A stretch of DNA of 19,496 nucleotides, from positions 4,039 through 23,534 of the forward strand of contig JBHLQM010000058.1 in assembly GCA_048884785.1 (NCBI GenBank). The letters are read 5' to 3'. Each line of letters begins with the position of its first letter. The first letter of the stretch is position 1. The translations under genes and the position numbers were made by a program. Below are positions 14,998 to 19,496 of the stretch, piece by piece. The notes under the pieces were generated by a model. The model saw nothing but the letters and a program-made list of their open reading frames with translations, was not told the DNA's origin and made no database searches. Origin of the DNA: Candidatus Thorarchaeota archaeon. Lineage in GTDB: Archaea > Asgardarchaeota > Thorarchaeia > Thorarchaeales > Thorarchaeaceae.

Positions 14998-15038
14998 TTT
15001 TGACAGTCATAAATCAGTCTGTCAAAATTTCTTGACAG
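14998..15038. promoter_or_regulatory. Cluster of three TTGACAG half-sites (putative operator)
   Basis: TTTTGACAG (14998-15006), CTGTCAAAA (15019-15027) and TTGACAG (15032-15038). They form the palindrome CTGTCAA-N6-TTGACAG plus an outer inverted pair, 50-90 bp upstream of the ArsR-TM gene. Confidence 0.65.
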
Positions 15039-15214
15039 GCTCAATTTATAGTCTTCCTGCAACAAAAATGGTAGTGTAGTGAGCGTTCGGAATTCTTAAG
15101 TCAAAGCAGCTAGATAAGCATACAGCTTGAATTGCACGAACCATCCATGACTGCTGCTGTTTCATACAGCGTTTCATGTTGCATTGCTTTCTCTATTCTG
15201 GAGGTTGATATACA

Positions 15215-15622
15215 ATGTCAGAGGAGGCCGATAGGTCCAAACGGATGTGCAGCTATTGTAGAGTAAGACCTGCAAGTCGATGGTATCGAGGTATCAATTA
15301 TAGCTACTGTTCATTGGAGTGCAGCTCAATCGAGAGATATGGATCCTTTGGACTCGTTGCATTTTGCTTTGGAATCATCTTCCTTTTGGGTCTTGTTGCA
15401 TTGATAATGGGTCTTCTAGGTGCATATGTCATAGATTTTTGGGCAATTGCACAGATATCATTTTTTGGATTCTTCTTCTTCTATTATCTGGCTTCTGCCA
15501 TTGCTGGATTCAGAGGAGCAAGGCGAAAACGATGTGAGGAAGAACCAGACCCTCTTGATTATTCCACACGGTATAGCGTTGAAGAGAGGAATCGTGTTGA
15601 ATATCTGCTAGATGAAGAATAG
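15215..15622 (+). CDS. Membrane protein with an N-terminal C4 zinc-finger-like motif (TRASH/FCS-like) and two TM helices
   Basis: CSYC-x16-CSLEC, then two hydrophobic segments and a charged tail. RBS GGAGGT upstream. Confidence 0.8.
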   Translation: MSEEADRSKRMCSYCRVRPASRWYRGINYSYCSLECSSIERYGSFGLVAFCFGIIFLLGLVALIMGLLGAYVIDFWAIAQISFFGFFFFYYLASAIAGFRGARRKRCEEEPDPLDYSTRYSVEERNRVEYLLDEE

Positions 15623-15664
15623 ACCAAGGAAAGACTGCTCTCTATACTTCAGTTAAACAGGCGA

Positions 15665-16798
15665 TCATCCAGATAATTTCTTCAAGTCTAAATCTGATAC
15701 ACGCTGTCGGATGGTCCTCCCCATCTTCTCAATTCTGCCTCGAGTTTCTTCTATCTCTTTACTAAACCGGGCAATCTCATCCTTCTTCTTTGTATCTATC
15801 TTGACATACTCATCATATGCCTCTGCCCATTCCTGTCTGGTTTGGTTGAGCTGTCCTCGTAGATGTTCGTACATTATCTTCTTCACATGGATAAGATTCC
15901 TGAGGTTAAGCAGCTTGGTTTCAAAACTAGATGTTGTGCTTGCCAGTTCTTCTTCCAGTCTATGAAGGTCCTCACGCATCTTGTTCAGCTCAGTCATCGA
16001 TTTGCCGATCGTGTCCTCTTCCAAATAGTGGGAATCTGGCACCAATGACGTAACAGGATCCAGATGATTATTGTTTGATACTGTGCTGTCTGCAGATACC
16101 GCAGCTGCAGATTCATTGGTTGATGGAGCCACCACGTGGGTTTGATCCGTCATCTCAGGTTCTGCTGAAGCTGTCTGCTCCGTTGCATGAATAACACCTT
16201 CGGGGCTCTCGACCGGTACTAGCAGTGGTTCTGCCTTCTCCTCATCCACTTTGCCATAGACTATCAGCCTCGTCAGTGTATTAAATGCCTCGTCTATGTT
16301 CTCTCCGGTCATGGCTGAGGTTTCGATGAAAACCGTTGGTGTTTCTAATTCTTCACCAAATTTTCTGGTAAATTCACGTCCCTCTTCTGATGATACAGTA
16401 TCAGAGCGTGGGTGGCTAGGACGCAGGTCCACCTTGTTTCCGATTATCATTAGTGCAGGAAACTTGCCCACAAATCCATGAGCCTCTACAAGCCACTTTG
16501 ATGCATTATCAAATGAGTCTCTGTCAACAACAGAGTAGACAAGAATAATTCCACTGCTTCCATCATAGTATCTTTTTCTCAGATTTTGAAACAGCGGCTG
16601 GCCAGCTATGTCCCATATCACCAGATTCGTTGGCACATCCTCAAACATGATTGATTTCTGGGCAAAGTCCACACCCAAGGTCGGAATGTAGCTCTTCTTG
16701 AAGCCCTCCTTCAAATACTCCCTTCGAATGCTGGTCTTGCCTACATACCCGTCGCCAATGAGACATATCTTAAATTGCCTACGAAGAGTCCCACTCAT
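15665..16798 (-). CDS. Rab-like small GTPase fused via a low-complexity linker to a C-terminal coiled coil
   Basis: G1 GDGYVGKTS, G2 YIPTLGVDF, G3 WDIAGQ, G4 NKVD, G5 ETSA. Then a Pro/Ser/Thr/Glu/Ala-rich linker and ~115 aa of heptad-like helix. ATG 16798 with AAGGAG RBS gives 377 aa (track start 16843). Confidence 0.93.
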   Translation of the reverse strand: MSGTLRRQFKICLIGDGYVGKTSIRREYLKEGFKKSYIPTLGVDFAQKSIMFEDVPTNLVIWDIAGQPLFQNLRKRYYDGSSGIILVYSVVDRDSFDNASKWLVEAHGFVGKFPALMIIGNKVDLRPSHPRSDTVSSEEGREFTRKFGEELETPTVFIETSAMTGENIDEAFNTLTRLIVYGKVDEEKAEPLLVPVESPEGVIHATEQTASAEPEMTDQTHVVAPSTNESAAAVSADSTVSNNNHLDPVTSLVPDSHYLEEDTIGKSMTELNKMREDLHRLEEELASTTSSFETKLLNLRNLIHVKKIMYEHLRGQLNQTRQEWAEAYDEYVKIDTKKKDEIARFSKEIEETRGRIEKMGRTIRQRVSDLDLKKLSG

Positions 16799-16940
16799 AT
16801 GCGAATGCTCCTTCGTTCTATCGAAGGCGGCGCATGATTCCATTATATTCTATTACTTATAGTCATAATTCGGATGTGCAAATGCGCATTTTCCTCTCGG
16901 CAGAGGATTTTTCCGTGGTTTTGCTGACTCTGTGACCATT

Positions 16941-17360
16941 ATGAAGAGTCATACAAAGTATCTCACATTCAATGTTCCTGCGCGAATGGACTTCGTGCAC
17001 ATCACACCACAAGTTCAGGAGGCACTCAAGGAAAGCGAAATACAAGAGGGATTATGCCTTGTGAATGCGATGCATATAACTGCCAGCGTCTTCATCAATG
17101 ACAATGAGAGCGGGTTGCATGATGACTACAAGAGGTGGCTAGAAGAACTCGCTCCGCATGAACCCATAAGCCGCTACAGGCACAACCGTACTGGAGAAGA
17201 CAATGGCGATGCACATCACAAGCGACAGATAATGGGCCGTGAAGTCGTGGTTGCAATTACTGGCGGAAAACTTGACCTTGGACCTTGGGAGCGAATCTTT
17301 TATGGAGAATTCGATGGTCGACGGCCAAAGCGAGTCTTAGTCAAGATCATTGGGGAGTGA
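16941..17360 (+). CDS. yjbQ: YjbQ/UPF0047 family protein (secondary thiamine-phosphate synthase)
   Basis: [58 protein letters not shown]. Confidence 0.95.
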   Translation: MKSHTKYLTFNVPARMDFVHITPQVQEALKESEIQEGLCLVNAMHITASVFINDNESGLHDDYKRWLEELAPHEPISRYRHNRTGEDNGDAHHKRQIMGREVVVAITGGKLDLGPWERIFYGEFDGRRPKRVLVKIIGE

Positions 17361-17415
17361 AAACTAAAGAGACCATACATAAGCCTTTAATTATAGTTAA
17401 CAATCTAGCACAGAT

Positions 17416-18648
17416 ATGAACAGTACTGATGAGATGGCGAATGAACCATGCGCCTCAGATGAGGGCACTAGCTACAAGTTTCTTGAGCTGCTCTGTTACT
17501 TTCTCTTTGCAGTTGGGCCTCTCGTTGGTAATGCTGTTCTTGTTCTACTCGGAGCAATCTCAATTGACTTTGCTACAGATCCTACTGTCATTCTTATAGC
17601 AATACCTGCCTTCATGTTCCCGTTCGCGTTTATCCAGCTCTTCTCAGGTGCGATAAGTGATGTCTATGGAAGAGTTCCAGTTATTGCGAGTGGATTGATA
17701 GCTTTTGCAGCTGGACTGTTCCTCACAGCCTACTCACCCTCATTGGAAATCTTTGCCCTTGGCAACTTTGTGTGTGGGATTGGCTTTGGGTTTGTGAACC
17801 CAGTCCTACTTGCCTTGCTTTCAGACTGTGCAGTTCCTCAGGACATTCCAAAACGAATGGGCATTGCATCGGCACTTGCTTCGTTGAGTGTTGGACTTGG
17901 ACCTTATATTGCGGGGCAGATGGTCATATTTGGATGGGCATCGTACTACCTGCTTTTCTTTGTCATTGTGGTCCTAGGAATAATCGCTATTACATTGGCA
18001 AAACGCCCCCCAAGAAGAACTCATAGCGACTCCGGTGTGAGAGTTCTTGCTTCGCATCTTCGAACGGAACTACGAAGACCAGTTGTTCTTCTCATGCTCA
18101 TAACTACGTTTATGGTTGCGTTGGCTTATCTTGGAACACTTGTGTGGACATCTAGAGGACTAACAGGTGCGCTGGATGAAAATCTCATTGGACTTTTACT
18201 ACTGGGTGGAGGAGTTTCCGGAGCGACAGCTGGCTCACTCCTAGGCTTTATGATAAGGCGACTTGGTTATAGAGCTCCAATCATACTAGGTTTTCTGACC
18301 CTCTTCACTGGACTATCTGTCCTGATCCTTATCGGCGACATCACCCTCTCAAGCTCAATTCTATTTGTGCTCTTGGGCCTAGTTGCTGTTGGATGGGCAG
18401 GTGGACTCCTCTTCCCAATTATGATTACCTACAGTCAAGTGATATCTCCTGAACGTCGTGGTGTTCTGGCAGGGGTTGTGACCTTTGCGTTCTTTCTTGG
18501 ATCTGCTCTGATACCAACAGTCTATGAGCCTCTTTACTTGGTAGGGATCAGCTGGGTATACACAGGGATGTTAATCGTATCTGTGTTCTTAATGGTACTC
18601 TTCATTCTGTTATATCGACGAGTGAACTCAACTAGCAGTGAAGCCTAG
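17416..18648 (+). CDS. MFS transporter (DHA1-like drug/metabolite)
   Basis: About 12 hydrophobic segments. MFS motif A GAISDVYGRVPV and its second-half counterpart GFMIRRLGYR, plus PERRG. Confidence 0.93.
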   Translation: MNSTDEMANEPCASDEGTSYKFLELLCYFLFAVGPLVGNAVLVLLGAISIDFATDPTVILIAIPAFMFPFAFIQLFSGAISDVYGRVPVIASGLIAFAAGLFLTAYSPSLEIFALGNFVCGIGFGFVNPVLLALLSDCAVPQDIPKRMGIASALASLSVGLGPYIAGQMVIFGWASYYLLFFVIVVLGIIAITLAKRPPRRTHSDSGVRVLASHLRTELRRPVVLLMLITTFMVALAYLGTLVWTSRGLTGALDENLIGLLLLGGGVSGATAGSLLGFMIRRLGYRAPIILGFLTLFTGLSVLILIGDITLSSSILFVLLGLVAVGWAGGLLFPIMITYSQVISPERRGVLAGVVTFAFFLGSALIPTVYEPLYLVGISWVYTGMLIVSVFLMVLFILLYRRVNSTSSEA

Positions 18649-19496
18649 TCATTTGACCTGCCCGATAGAAACCTGAAGAATGCACCTATTTTACTTGGTT
18701 TCACCAAGAGTGCTGGAACTTTCTTCATATATTCAGTATAGGATTCTCCAAATCTGTTTCTGAGTTCAATCTCTTCTCTTCTAATCTGAAGCCTGAATAC
18801 AAGATAGATAATGATGAAGAAGATCATGGAATAGAAAGAAAACCGAAAGAGAAATCCTGCAAGTCCTAGCAAGACACCTCCCAGATATGCAGGGTGGCGG
18901 ACCACCGAGTAGATCTCATTCTCTTGAACCTCTGATTCCTCAGGGAAATAGAGATACACAACCGTCATGTAATCAAGCCCAAATGTGAGTACTGCACTTC
19001 TGACAGTGAGCGCTCCAATAATTATGAAAGCAAATGATATTGCCATACGGAGTAGCACATCAATATCCACAGGAACTCCTACGAATGGAAGCATTGACTG
19101 TGACCAAAGGATAGTCAGCTCATTAATTGGTGGAACTGGTGGTAGCGAGCGGATTGAAGTAAAGGCATGGAAGACGATAGGTGGGACCAAGAAGACTCCT
19201 GTCACTCCGTTCATTATAATTCTCTGGTATGCTAGATCACCATACTTCTCTTTCATCGCTTCTCTCTTATTCCAGAGTTTTCCAATAAGCCATAGTGCAA
19301 GGCCAGCGATGAATATGCTGCCAATTATTGGTAGATATGGTTCTGTAGCCGCCAGAAACACGATGTCACCGAAAAGCCGCGGGATGATATCTAATACTAT
19401 CAAGAATAGGTATCCGACAATGGCCGCAAACAGTCCGCGTAGAGGTAGAATTGCTATTCGATTGCCAGGGTAGGCTGGCAGTTTTTCTCTTAGCTT
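18645..19496 (-). CDS. Partial isoprenylcysteine carboxyl methyltransferase / PEMT-family membrane methyltransferase
   Basis: IYSVVRHPAYLG and RREEIELRNRFGESYTEYMKKVP motifs. The frame is open to the window edge (KLREKLPAYPGNRIAILPLRG...), so the true start is outside the window. Confidence 0.9.
   Translation of the reverse strand, partial: KLREKLPAYPGNRIAILPLRGLFAAIVGYLFLIVLDIIPRLFGDIVFLAATEPYLPIIGSIFIAGLALWLIGKLWNKREAMKEKYGDLAYQRIIMNGVTGVFLVPPIVFHAFTSIRSLPPVPPINELTILWSQSMLPFVGVPVDIDVLLRMAISFAFIIIGALTVRSAVLTFGLDYMTVVYLYFPEESEVQENEIYSVVRHPAYLGGVLLGLAGFLFRFSFYSMIFFIIIYLVFRLQIRREEIELRNRFGESYTEYMKKVPALLVKPSKIGAFFRFLSGRSND

Noticed and set aside
16892-16907. Short hairpin TCCTCT-CGGC-AGAGGA upstream of yjbQ as a TPP riboswitch part
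   Set aside because: The conserved TPP riboswitch sequence elements are not present, and a single 6-bp stem is not enough evidence.
15665-19496. Rab-like GTPase near an ICMT-family methyltransferase as a proto-prenylation system
   Set aside because: The GTPase ends ...DLKKLSG with no CaaX, CC or CxC motif. ICMT/PEMT-like proteins are widespread in prokaryotes, and two unrelated genes lie between them.

Overview
This is a 19.5 kb gene-dense window of ordinary chromosome. It most likely comes from an Asgard archaeon, resembling Thorarchaeia. That is an inference from a Rab-like small GTPase, a tandem Lrp/AsnC regulator, a NosD-type beta-helix secreted protein with the 'GWxGSGxxGDPY' N-cap, and archaeal-style promoters and RBSs. 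From left to right it carries: a partial membrane protein with a TetR regulator, fdhD, a DUF2284 Cys-rich protein, a small membrane protein, a DUF4406/deoxyribosyltransferase-like protein, a duplicated Lrp/AsnC regulator, a small two-helix membrane protein, a ~1,913-aa modular secreted protein, a winged-helix protein, two hypothetical proteins, a metallophosphoesterase, a Staygreen (Mg-dechelatase-like) protein, a PRTase, an ArsR-type membrane regulator with a coupled 52-aa ORF, a Zn-finger membrane protein, a Rab-like GTPase with a coiled coil, yjbQ, an MFS transporter and a partial ICMT/PEMT-family methyltransferase. I saw no rRNA, tRNA, CRISPR array or transposase. The best leads are the Rab-like GTPase fused to a long C-terminal coiled coil, the plant/Chloroflexi-type Staygreen homolog, three readable regulator/operator pairs, and the giant secreted protein with an odd Cys/His tail overlapping a protein-like alternative frame. 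I cannot show a complete new multi-gene system from sequence alone. All family assignments come from motif recognition by eye, not from database searches.
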